Of a stretch of DNA of 64,000 nucleotides, positions 1-11,888 are shown piece by piece. Source of the DNA: Trichosphaerium sp. ATCC 40318. Lineage: Eukaryota > Protista > Tubulinea. The notes under the pieces were generated by a model. It had not been told where the DNA came from. It did not search any database and saw only the letters and a list, made by a program, of their open reading frames with translations. The stretch spans positions 124,001 to 188,000 of the forward strand of contig JALMLS010000015.1 of the NCBI GenBank assembly GCA_038496445.1, written 5' to 3'. Position 1 is the first letter of the stretch, and each line of letters begins with the position of its first letter. A program made the translations under genes and the position numbers.

Positions 1-712
1 GTTTGTAGAAAGACCAAGAAAGAGAATACCAAAAAGAATAAAACCTAAAAAGGTAAACAAACATTAAGTAGAGAACAAAAAATACTAATTATAAAGGCTG
101 CTACAAAAAAAAATCCACCTGAAAACAACACAAAGAAACACGACATAGTAGTACAACATGAAAATGATAAATCTTCTTCTTCTGACGACTTGTCAGACTT
201 TGATGAAATGGAATACTTGACAAATTATCGGTATGACAACTACTTACAGTGTTTGCTAACTGCTCAAGGCAATTATGGGATGACAGTGCTGTATGTGAAT
301 CTTCCTCTTCTAATGAGTTGTCAGACTTTGATGAAATGGAATACTTGACAAATTATCGGTATGACAAATACCTACAGTGTTTGCTAACTGCTCAAGGCAA
401 TTATGGGATACTGACTCTGTCTCAAAGGGAATCAATTACCAGATAAATACGTACTTTAAAGAGAGAAATACATACCTTGACACTAGAAATAGTCAGTTGG
501 AAGAAAGAAATGCATACTTAGAAAAAAGAAATACTGACTTAGAAACAAGAAATAGAGTGCTAAAAGAACAAAATAAACATCTAAAAGAAAGTAATACCAA
601 GCTTCAGGAAGACAAAAGCCAAACTCACTTACAAGAAAGCATCTTTACATTGAAGGAGAAGATTGCTATGTTACAGATAAAACTATCTAGGCTCGAAAAT
701 ACAAAAAAATAA
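1..712 (+). CDS. 3' part of a hypothetical coiled-coil protein (5' end outside the window)
   Basis: Removing GT-AG introns 231-268 and 359-396 gives a continuous frame into the heptad-like last exon (ERNTYLDTRNSQLEERNAYLEKRNTDLETRN), ending TAA at 712. Confidence 0.6.
172..409 (+). repeat. 128-bp tandem duplication of a 90-bp exon plus a 38-bp intron
   Basis: ttgtcagactttgatgaaatggaatacttgacaaattatcggtatgacaa...gtttgctaactgctcaaggcaattatggga occurs at about 190 and 318 (period 128). Confidence 0.9.
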
Positions 713-908
713 CAAATAAGTTCTTTGCCAATAAACACATCTGACAAAACGTGTACTTCAGTATCCGCTATTTTCATGTGCATGACCTGCACTTGTTTTT
801 ATTTGTGATCACAGGACTTTATCTGTAAGAATAGGAAAACAATATGAAAGTGGTTTTTTTCTAGTCAAAAACAAACACTGAGTAAGATTACTAAAAGAAC
901 ACTCCTTT

Positions 909-1140
909 TTTGAGACAGTTTCAAAAAAGTTTGTTTGCTTTGCCTGCGGTACTTTTCCTCGGCACAATGCCAACGAATCGCAAAATGGTTTTTAACCCTA
1001 TAAGTATAGAATACTGGCTACATGTTAAATAGCAATTGAAATTTAAGACGGTTCTGAGGTGAGTAAAAATGTCGCAAAGATTCTCGAAATCCCGTAATAT
1101 CAACAATCAAAAATTTTGGTATTTTCGAAACTGTCTCAAA
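909..1140. repeat. Inverted-repeat-bounded segment, MITE-like candidate
   Basis: tttgagacagtttc (909-922) is the exact reverse complement of gaaactgtctcaaa (1127-1140). Interior has no convincing gene. No clear target-site duplication. Confidence 0.4.
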
Positions 1141-1200
1141 GCAATGCTGCCCTTAATACTCATGAAACCTTTTTAAACGTAAATGATGATTTTATTCATT

Positions 1201-1752
1201 TTACGCCCAACCGACCTGCTTAGCAGTGTTGTGATCGTTCCACACTTTTGTCATACGATTGATTTTACCTTCTTTGTTGGTGTACATGACGTAGACATAG
1301 TTGGATACACACGACTTGTTTGTAGCAGGAGAAGGGCCTCCAGGTCCTTTATGGGTACCATGGAACTTGGCGTATCCCATGTAAATACCATCAGATCCAG
1401 AAAAAGATACTGGCTCATATCTGCACCCAGGCATAATCTCGGCGCATAGTCCTACAAGAGGTTTAGAATAATCGCTAAGAAAGAATAACAAAAAAAGGTA
1501 AAATACTCTGTAACAGCTTGAAAGGCGTTACACTCGCGCTTTCAAGCACACAGCACCATTTTCAAAACGCTTTAGCGCTTATCAACAGTTTTTCGTACCT
1601 TTCATCCACTCAGCGTAAGCTGATAGCGTCTTGATGTCTTTTAACATATCTGCTTGGCAATCAAACGTAGCATCGGCTGTAATGTATTGTTTGATACCTT
1701 CAGCGCCTTTACCAGTTTCAATAGCGTCAAAAAAAGCTTTGATAGTATCCAT
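1201..1752 (-). CDS. SnoaL-like / ester-cyclase (NTF2-fold) protein, copy 1
   Basis: Two exons, intron 1452-1598: MDTIKAFFDAIETGKG...AYAEWMKG|LCAEIMPG...FHGTHKGPGGPSPATNKS...YVYVM...KINRMTKVWND...GWA. The GTH-x-G...P-x-T-x-K pattern is typical of SnoaL-like polyketide/ester cyclases. Confidence 0.8.
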
Positions 1753-2556
1753 TTGATCTCTTGTTGTGATGACTGTGCTTTGTTGCAACTATGATTATAA
1801 ATAGAAAGTGAGACTTCTGCTTTTTCCGGAAAGAGGATATAACTCGTGCTGTAGAAAACATACTATTTCGATCAGTGCACAGTCTTTTTTTAACTTTCTG
1901 TTTTCTGTAACAAGTTCTTTAATGTTCTTGTATTATTCAAGTGGTTTTATGCGAGATTATGCCTTTATTGGCAAGCGAAGCGTAACCAAGGCCACAAGTG
2001 CGTTAATAGTAGTTAATGGCCTTATTTTATTGCATAAAACTTTCACTTTCGAAAATCTTGCCTCATAGACATGTACATGTAATTTTAAGCGCTTAGAAAT
2101 ACACGGTTTTACAGTAGGAGCTATGTGTGGACAAAACAGACATTGAAGCTCCTTTTTTGCTCACAAAACTGTACTTTTTAAGCACAAAACTCAAACTCGC
2201 GCAGTGTAGTTGCCTTACATGTACAGACAGTTTAATGCTCTTTTTACAAAAAGGCAAAATTTCCTTTTGTAGAGACTTTGAACCACGAACTTGGAATATG
2301 GGTGCAGCACTATTGATAGTTGTTGTTACTTTCGTTTAAAAGTTTGCTAAATTTGTAAGCTACGCAGAACCTGGAGACTTTTACAGCTAGCGTTGCTTTG
2401 TGCGTATCAGTAGTGTACTGTTACTGTAATTAATGGCGTTTTAACTACTTGGTAAGCAAAAGGAATCAGTTTAATTGGATAAACATTGAGTAACGAAGAA
2501 AACGGTTATCTATTTTACGGTTTGTTAATTTACATTCCCTTTTCGCTGGTGGTTTT

Positions 2557-3015
2557 TTATGACCATCCTAGCTGTTTAGAAGAGAAATGATCGTTCCACA
2601 CTTTTGTCATACGATTGATTTTACCTTCTTTGTTGGTGTACATAATATAAACATAATCAGCTACACAAGACTTGTTCGTAGCAGGAGAAGGGCCTCCAGG
2701 TCCTTTATGGGTACCATGGAACTTGGCGTATCCCATGTAAATACCATCAGATCCAGAAAAAGATACTGGCTCATATCTACACCCAGGCATTATCTCAGCG
2801 CAGCACACTATGTAAATAAGTAATTGTTTGAACTTTTTATGCTAAAAGGTGTTGTTCGTACCTTTCATCCACTCAGCGTAAGCTGATAGCGTCTTGATGT
2901 CTTTTAAGATCTCTGTTTGGCTATCAAACACAGCGTCAGCTGTAATGTATTGTTTGATACCTTCAGCGCCTTTACCAGTTTCGATAGCGTCAAAAAAAGC
3001 TTTGATAGTATCCAT
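2557..3015 (-). CDS. SnoaL-like / ester-cyclase protein, copy 2 (tandem paralog)
   Basis: Near-identical exons to copy 1; intron 2808-2861 at the same codon position; ends ...VWNDHFSSKQLGWS. Confidence 0.8.
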
Positions 3016-3330
3016 TTGATCTTTTGTTGTGATGACGTGCTTTGTCGTGGGTAAATGTCTTGTCGTTACGATTTTTGAAGGAAAATCACGTGAATAAATA
3101 AATGACTTAACAATTATTCTCAGAAGTATTCACGTGACTTTTGCTAACCTTCAATTAACAACAAGAGGTTGCAAAAACCTCCAAAGTAAATAACACCCAA
3201 AAACATTTGAGCTGTCAAAAAAAAAAGAAAAGACAAGGCTAGTAAAACGTTGTGTATTAGGATTTCTCTACATTCCACCCAAGTAATAATTGGGTGATGA
3301 AGCAAGAAAATCAGTTGGTTTGCGCTTGTA

Positions 3331-4126
3331 TTAATCCCATTTCAACCAATCCATAAACTCGTTAAAGTCTAAAAGAAGAATACCGTTAAAAAAAATTTTG
3401 TACTGGTCTGATTTGTGTACCGATTTGTCCATCTCCATTCTTATCTAGTGCCTTCAAACCATCCTTATAGAACTGCTCGGACTTGAAAGTCTGACCTAGA
3501 GAGAAACAAAGCTTCTTGTACTCTTCAATGCCGAGTTTTCCTTTATTTTTATTAAATTAGCCTTAAACTAGCTCCAGTATTTTTATAAAAGAGTAAAAAC
3601 GCACCTGTTCTGTCTGTATCGTATTGTTGAAAGTATTCGATTGCTTTGAGAATTTGTGGGTTGGCTTCAAAGTCAAGCATTTTGAATTTATCCGTAGTCT
3701 GCCACCACTTCAAAAACTCGTCAAATCTAGCGATGTTAGAGCGATTTGGTGCATTTCGGTTTTATTAAACGTTCGTTCGTTTTCATTCAATTTGGAGTAG
3801 TGTATAGCCCAAACCTAGCACAAATATTGCATTAGCACGTACTGAACCGATGAGTTGTGATCTTTATCCATAGTCCGCATTATAGCTTGCGCTTGTACTT
3901 CGTTAACGTACATGCCAAGGTCATAGCACTGTTATGAGTAAGATAAACAAAAAATGCAACGGTTGCGCATCATACCAACGAACAAAACTCCTTCCATGAT
4001 ATTTCGTTACTGCCATCCTACCGTAAGGTTATTTTCGCTATTTTACAAAGATCAAAGTACAGTGTCGTATTTTTTAAAATGACTCTTAATAACGACTTTG
4101 TTCTGCGTAGTGAATGCTCCTGCCAT
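3331..4126 (-). CDS. Calmodulin-like protein with four EF-hands
   Basis: Spliced translation gives loops DTDGSNEISWKE, DKDHNSSVQFDE, DTDRTGKLGIEE and DKNGDGQIDFNE; not present in the ORF track because of its introns. Confidence 0.8.
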
Positions 4127-4554
4127 GATGTACACTTCTAAAACAAGGAAAGTGGGAAGCTCACTTAAGATTGGCTTTAAGAATCAAAGTTACCTTGATG
4201 AGGCTTGTTTGCTCAGCACTGCGCAGAAATCAACACAAAGAAAGACATCGATTTAGTATCTACCCTGTTAGCCTTTCCTTCAACGCCTAGTTCCCCTCAC
4301 GTTGCATATGTCCTCCATTCACAAAAAAGTGCCTGTAAGATCTTTTGTACAACATATTAGCTTAATTTCGGGTATTCTGTATGTGTATTCGTGTGAGTAC
4401 GCTTCTTGGGTGTCTTTATTGCTATAAAACCACTTTCGACCACGCACAAACAACACTAATTTAATTCACAAAAGAGTCAATACATTTATTGCTACACTTC
4501 CGTGTTTTGGCACACCACTTGCCTGCGTTTATCTCCTTTGAGGTGTTTTGAGGC

Positions 4555-7500
4555 ATGGCCACCAAGTATACGATAAAAGAAGATCGAGGGTAAATTTTAA
4601 CAATATCTTCTAGGGTTAGCCTCGGACAAGATCCGCCAGCGGAATTACGTATATTACGCAACTGGAATAAAAAATTACTTTCTCTACCAGTCCACAAGGT
4701 AAGCTCGTGTAAAAGCAGTGATTTTGGCTCAATTCCACTAGGATCTACCTCGTCTACTTAAACACAGTTCAATTGAAGATGTAAACGGTTATGTGGTATG
4801 TTGATCATTGTACTGCCAAAATAGCATAAAACACTGCAAACTATACTAAGCATTATTCTAATACACTACAGCTATGGGCTTACGAAGAAAAGCGCGATTT
4901 AATAGAAGACCTGTATACCTTCCTCATAACACTTGCTAACGCCGTCAATGAACCTCAGAACGCGAAAGAAATTGAAGATAACTTCCATTCCTATTTTGTA
5001 CAGCCTCAAGTACCCTTAGCTGTACGTTATACGCTACATTGACGCGAAAGTATTGATTTAATTGCTAAATCTCCTGCAGTTAAAAAAGTTTTTTTCGGAA
5101 ACACCTATTAAAGAATCAAGTAAGCTATTTGCTGTCCTTAGATGTATTCAACAAGAAATTATATGCACACCAGTACGCACAATGAGTCTCCTTTGAGAAA
5201 TTTTTTTTTTGATTTTCACACCTCACCTTATTTTCTTGTATTTCGGAGTATTTAGATACTAAAACCATGCGTATTGCGTCAAATGGTCACAAAAAAATTT
5301 TATACAAACGTGACCTGCATGTGATACAAACACAATTTTTTGAAAGAATCTTCACCAAGATTTTTTTTTGTTTTCTCTTTTCTCTCTCCTGTCGCACTGA
5401 CCATTGACACGTGATAACAACGTGATCGCGTATTTTTTTATTTATTTTTTTGTGACAAATGGTAAATAATTTCTTGTACAGGTTATGGAGTTACGTCAGA
5501 AAGTGTTGTACAGTGAATATCCGTACAAAGATCTTCCTGGTGAGATTCGAATACAGCTTCGGGTTTTTATTTTTTTTCTCGATGTTAACAGGTTGTAGGC
5601 ACTTGGAACTTCAAGATTGTTGTTGGTGACCAGATTTCCATTACTCACTTAAAAGGAGAACGCTCTCATAACTCAGAGTACGCAAGAAAAAGCAAATTAT
5701 TCGAAAAGTTCAGCCGACAAAAAACTAACCTTCTAGTCCAACGAAATACTTTGAGTTCTTTTGGGCTTTCGAGATTCGTTTCAATAAGGATTTCACTTCT
5801 ATACAACCACACCTATCTGTAACAGACTGGAAATATGGACCAAAAGTGCCTTCAGAACTAAAGAAGAAATTAGAGGAGTCTCTGTCGTACGAACACGTTT
5901 TTTAGAATTATTTTTATTTTTACCTCAACTCCGTTCTCGTTTCGCTCTTTCTCTTTTCTGACGCTCTTAGGATACTTGCTCCTGATTATGTACCTTATAT
6001 GCGTGTATGGAAGCGCAGTGTTATAGAATTAGCTATGCACGCAACAGTTATACGGCTTTTAGACAAGATTATCATTACTGGGTCAAAAGATACTCTTTAT
6101 GAACACGATTCAACAAAATCACGAGAACAAAATGTCACAGCGTTCATAAGGTTAGTATCGTTGTGACGCCTTCTATGATAATTTATTTCTCCTAAACAAG
6201 TTTATAGGACACTCACTGAGTGGTTAGAAGAACCAGATATGGCGGATGAAATAATGTCAAAGCTCGAAAAGGTAAGGCGAAGTTTTGTTTTTTTCAGTTG
6301 TCGTACTTACTGTATTTTTCTTGTTTTTTAGAGTTTGAATCAAGGTGGTGATTTATCAAATCAGATGAAGTACTTCTTTGTTCTAACAGAGAGTATTCAT
6401 CATACACGAACTTTTAGAATGATAAAAACATTACACCCTCACCTACGTTATCAGGTAAATCCAAAAACAAAACAAAAACCCGCGAAGGAGATTCTTTGTC
6501 CGTTTTTTTAATTAACTCTTTTTCTTGAATATCAATCAACTATTTGTATTTACTATCTTATAACAGGCTATTCTGACACTCAGAAACTCGTTTTTTGAGA
6601 AGTTTCCATTCGTTGATATACGTGGAGGATGGTACGACAAACAAACTCATTGGCTTTACTCCCTTTATTTCGTCTTCCATTTATTTTCTTGTTTAGGCAT
6701 GTTAATATCCGACTATCAGCTGGTTCTAAGGGCACTGTATCTGTTGTCCATTTTAATAAGGCAAAATCGCATGGTGATGAAGCGACTCAAAGCTTTGATT
6801 TTGAATGGAAACTAATAATGACATTTAACAAGTACCTTACAACACTTTCAACTGAAACTATCATTTTTGATTGGCACTGGGGAGATAAGACAGCTCATGA
6901 TACTCGATGTAAGATAAAGGCTGCATTTAGTCCTTTTATTACTAGAGATACGAGGTTTTATCGCATGTGGAATAGGTAAGCATGAAGTTCTTTCAGTTGG
7001 TTTTTTTTTTGTGATTTTTTTGATTGTTCTATTGTGCTTTTGTGTTTGGTTTAGTGTATTTATAGTTTGATTATAGGGATTCAGCAAGTATTTCTGAAGA
7101 TCTGTCGTTATCTTTGGGTCGAAATATATCGTCCTTGGAGATAAAGAGAGGGAAGAAAGTCATGTTCGCATCAAAGCCAACACAAAAAAATAGTGTAGCT
7201 TTATTGGTACTCGCTGAGTTATCAAGGTGCCCAGAAGCTGTTGAATATCTTGAAGAAAAGAAGAAGAAGCTTTCAGCTGGTTCTTCTATTACGCCCATAA
7301 TTGGTCACCTCATGGAAATGAATGGAACGAAACATCTTATGGGTGTTTTAAAATGTCTTCAAAGAGCAATCCTTGTTCCAGCTGCCATCGAGTTCAGAGA
7401 AGATATACACAAAGAGTTCCCTTTTAAAGAGACTAGAAAACATTGGGTTGCTAGGGTTAGTTACCTTCCAGATGGACGCGTTAATGTAGTACATAGAAGG

Positions 7501-9603
7501 TGAGAAGAAAGAACAATTGAACCAAATCTTTCTGTTTTCGGTTGCTTTTTTATGTTGACGTTTCTTTTTTAGGAAAGAGCAATCACGTGATATTGCACCT
7601 GAAACTTTTTTCGAATTTGATTGGGAACTGAAGGTTACATATAATCCTGAGCATGATAATGTTAGCGCAACATTTAAAATTTTTGATTGGTATGCTACCT
7701 ATGTTCACTACTCTAGAGTCGGTGTTTTTTACCAACTATTTGAACTTTTTTATTTGAATAGACACAAACATGTCATCAAATCACGTGATAATGCTTTTTT
7801 TTTTGTTTTGGTGTTAAGAAAGGTTTAGGTCATTTAGTAATCTTTGTCCTAAATCAAGACAAATGGCTATTGAGAAGGCTTTGATGCCTTATGCTGCCAG
7901 AGAAGCATTATATAACCGCGTTGCTAAGGTACAAGACTAATTTGCTTGTAGTAACCTTAATATTCATATTACTGTTTTAGAGACCTCTTGATAAGTTCAC
8001 TATGGCTACAGCTCTAACAGGACTCGTTTCCAGGGTTGAAATATTAGATGAGAATGACCAACGTGTATGTGAACTCTCAACACTTTTTTAATTTTACAAA
8101 AGTTTTCACTTTTGTTTGTTTTCTCAAGACTTATGTTGGCTTCGCCTTTAATGATATTGTATCTATAGATTTTCAAACACTCTCCTACAGCAACTGTTGC
8201 TTCTGGCCTACGCTCTTTCTTAACAACATTGGCTGTACGTTTGGAAGAAAGAGAAGTAAGCGATAAAATAGATAGTGTATTAGACAAATACTTGAAGTCA
8301 ACAATAGATGCAACCAAAGGTATGTACATGTATTTTATACTACCGAAAGTCTTCATTACTACAAGTGTATACTACTTCTATAAATATTCCACTCGTGTGA
8401 TAATAGTTGTCGTTGTACTAACCAAGGCACAAAATAGGAATCGATGATTTTTTCAGACGTGGAGGTTTGATAGAGTGTGGTCTTCATAGTGATAGCAGAA
8501 TGATTGTTATGCTTAAATTTTGTACCACAGATATGCTTATACCTTGTATTCTGTTTCTGCGTAAGAAATACTACACAAAATGTCCATACGTTGTACGTAC
8601 ACTAAAGTCACACTTCACTTCTTACTGTAAAAGCCAACTTTTTTTTTTGGTCTTCTGTTTCTGCTTCGTTTATGAACTCAGGCTTTTATTAAACTTTGTT
8701 ATTAGGAGACTAAAGGAAGTTGGCGTGTTCGTATAAAGTTTGGAAAACGTCATTTTAAAGTAGAGCATATAAGACAGGAGCACTCAAAGAGTGATCAACT
8801 TGATGAGTATTTTAAGTTCAACTGGGACTTGACATTTACATTTTATCATAAAGCACTCCAAGATTTTAAAGCAAGTTTCCGTATAACTGGCATGGCTTTC
8901 CATGAGAGTATAGATCCTTCTATAAAAGCATATCTACAGTTCGTTTTCCACGTACGTCATCAATGAAGAAATTAATCAAAAAAATCTCAAATTTTTCTTA
9001 TTGAAAATCCCTTGCGTTTTTTTTTTCATCAACTAGTCTTGCTTTGCAGCTGGTTTCAAAATTTTACTTTAAATGCGTCACAGTGTATACTTTTGTGCGT
9101 CTTTGATATCTTTGATTGCTTTTGTTTGAACGTCTCACGTGTCACGATGATGGAAAAACTGTTTTGTTGATTTTTTGTTAGGATGTAGTTGAATCTGATC
9201 GTGGGTTTGGTGAAGGAGTAGTATCATTACCATTAGGTGTTGCTATTAAATCTCTCCTCACTTCTCTAAGAGACATACCAAATTTACCTACTCCTAATCA
9301 CCCACAACTCAGTAACATGTCAATAATAAGAGTATTGGAAGCCATAGGTACAGTTTGGGTTTTTAATACAACTTTTGCATTTTGAAAACAAACTACCATG
9401 TGACAAGATTCATTTATATTCGCTATGTACTTGCCAAAACATGGCTCGTTTTTTCGAAAGGTGTTTTTTCTCCAGTTTTGGCTTTGCATTGACTTTGCTT
9501 GTTAAACTGTAGTGTTCGAATTACTTATAATATTATTTTAGATAGTACATTGCGTGCACATGTTGAAACACTACCTAATGTTATGTTATCAACAGACACC
9601 TAA
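4555..9603 (+). CDS. Large multi-exon protein made of four tandem ~230-aa alpha/beta domains (possibly GlfB-like C-terminal domain)
   Basis: Four recurring blocks with [FY]P[FY]x[DE]...W...V-x-H...F-x-F-x-W-x-L...DW pattern at about 5480-5880, 6570-6970, 7330-7690 and 8500-8950; joined by GT-AG introns. Family name is from recall only. Confidence 0.6.
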
Positions 9604-10683
9604 ACACATAACTCTGTTAACACCACAAGAAAAATTAAATCCAAAAAAAAAAGCCGAAAACATGTTTTTGTACAGTAAATAAAAACCAAAAAATGTAGTG
9701 ACAATGCTGTTGTATTTTTAAAACAAACCTTGAACCTAACAAGTTCATATCTCCTTTGAGAACTTCGACTATTAAGCTATGTACACATGCTCTTGTACTA
9801 TATTGTGTGCACGAAACACGCTGCTTGCACCCTTGCAACAAACGTACATGTGCTTTCAGGTGGCTAGCATTAGTTTAGACTAATGGTAGAAACTCACAAG
9901 TGTAATATGTTGTTTTTAGGGGAAGTGGAGAGTGGGTAAATTGCCAGGAGTAATTACAAGGACAAAAAACAAAAGCGCTTAAACCAATTTCATATTAGTC
10001 CTTGTACACAGAAAAATGTAACACCGATGCGTCAAAACGCAATAACTCTTTAAGGCAACAGTTCAGTAATAGTATTATTGCTCATTTTTCTGTTTGAGGA
10101 TTTAGTGTTTAAGTCCAAATGGTTTAAACTAGTGTATGCTACTATATGGTGTCTTATAAGGGGATAATGTAGGTTGCTTGGTTCCCGTTTTATTATTATA
10201 GTGACTGACTTTTGGAGTTGGCTGCAATATCAACGACGGAGTCTATTTGCAAAGTACCAAGAATGTAGAAATGTACGACTCATGGAAAGATCATAATGAC
10301 AACAAAGTGGAAGAGATCCTGTTTTAAGGTATATGTGAGTTAAGCAAAATAACCTTGTTAACACATGTACCAAACCCAGGCAGTTAGCTTTATTCTCATG
10401 GAAGAAATAAAGAAAAAAAAAAGCACCAAAAAAAAAACGCAGAAGAAACATAAAAAGCTGCAATAAATATATTGCTCCTACGCAGAGATATACAAAAAAA
10501 TTAAAGAAAAACTCCTTGAAATGTTTGGAAAAGCATCAAAAAAATACAAAGAAAAGCAACTCAAAAAAACTGCGGAATTTAGTCATGAAGTACTTGCATA
10601 ATTTTTTTGAAATTTCCTTTCGTGTTCTCAATGGTACAAAGTCCAAAAAAAAAATCAGCGTACAAATAACATGGTTTAGGGAC

Positions 10684-10983
10684 TCAGACATCTGCCATCA
10701 GTGTCGCCTCAAATTGTTTTCTTGACATTATCTCAGATGGGTATTGGCGGTTTTCCCATAGATATTCTTGATAAGCGTCCATGGGCGTGATGTTGAGGAT
10801 GTAATCAGAATGTACAAGCGCTCCCAACGTGTACGTTTCACCATCTCTAAAAAAAAAAGCCTCAAAGTATTTGAATACCTCAGATTGCTGAAAGATGTGG
10901 TTATCAAGCTCAACCAACGCGTTATATAGTTCCCCAAAGGCCACATTTATCTTGTACAATACCAATGGACCAATAGCACACAT
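10684..10983 (-). CDS. Hypothetical protein, probable last exon of an unresolved gene or a remnant
   Basis: 99-aa open frame with protein-like composition; upstream exons near 11170-11445 could not be joined cleanly. Confidence 0.3.
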   Translation of the reverse strand: MCAIGPLVLYKINVAFGELYNALVELDNHIFQQSEVFKYFEAFFFRDGETYTLGALVHSDYILNITPMDAYQEYLWENRQYPSEIMSRKQFEATLMADV

Positions 10984-11888
10984 GTCCCTTACGTAGGTTA
11001 CTAAAATTGCGAAATTTCTATTTGGTTTTGATTAACAAAGGTACAGAGTGAAAAAAACCCCTAGGCTTATCTATCGACTTATTGAATAGATTGTACGATA
11101 AAAAAAGGAGACAATGTATTTTTTTGAAAGAAAAAAACTTAGAGTTGTGGGCGTAATTAGTAGTACCTCACTGTAGCGCGGGTAAGATGCACAACCACAT
11201 CTCTTTAGCGCTTGAAAGTTTGAAACAAGAATCCTATGATGTCTAGAAAAGCTATGATTGCCAGTAGTCCACTGGCAGTGTTGAAAGGGTGTACAATGTA
11301 CTTTGACATCCGTAGGAAGTAAAACCCACAAACAATAAACAATACGTACCTTGCTATGTACTTGTTCGTATGTATTCTCTAATGACTTGATGCGCTGGTT
11401 GTATATTGGATAGAATTCTAAAACTACAGGACTTGCACGCTTCACGTTAATTTCCTTTCCCAGACACCTACGCGCTTCACGTTAAATTCCTTTTTCAGAC
11501 GAAAAAAGAAAGTGACAGAATTCATTGGATAGTCCCACTGACGAAATGGCCTGTTTCCTATGTCGAAAAGAGCATATATATTACACGTTAATTTAACTGT
11601 GTAGTTGATGAAATATTGTAAATGTTATTATTGATGAAACAACAGGCAAAGGACAGGTACCTAAAGCTGTTACTTTTATCAATTTGAAATAAAGGTTGTT
11701 TGTGATTCACTCCAAAGTTCCTCCCATATCCTACTCTACAGTGACTCCTTGGAGTAGACGCTTACAGTTTGGCGTCTACATATATCATCAATTTAACTTG
11801 CGTTAATGCCCAATACCAGTGTTAAGCATGTAATTTATTGCAGTGTACAGAACTAAAATAATGTGGCGCTACAAAAGGAAGAATTCTT

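Noticed and set aside
2270-2320. Weak resemblance to a reverse-strand tRNA T-arm (tttgaaccacgaac)
   Set aside because: No cloverleaf can be built.
11437-11500. Two ~28-bp direct repeats (cgcttcacgttaa.ttccttt..cagac)
   Set aside because: Only two adjacent copies with a few bases between; a simple local duplication, not a CRISPR array.
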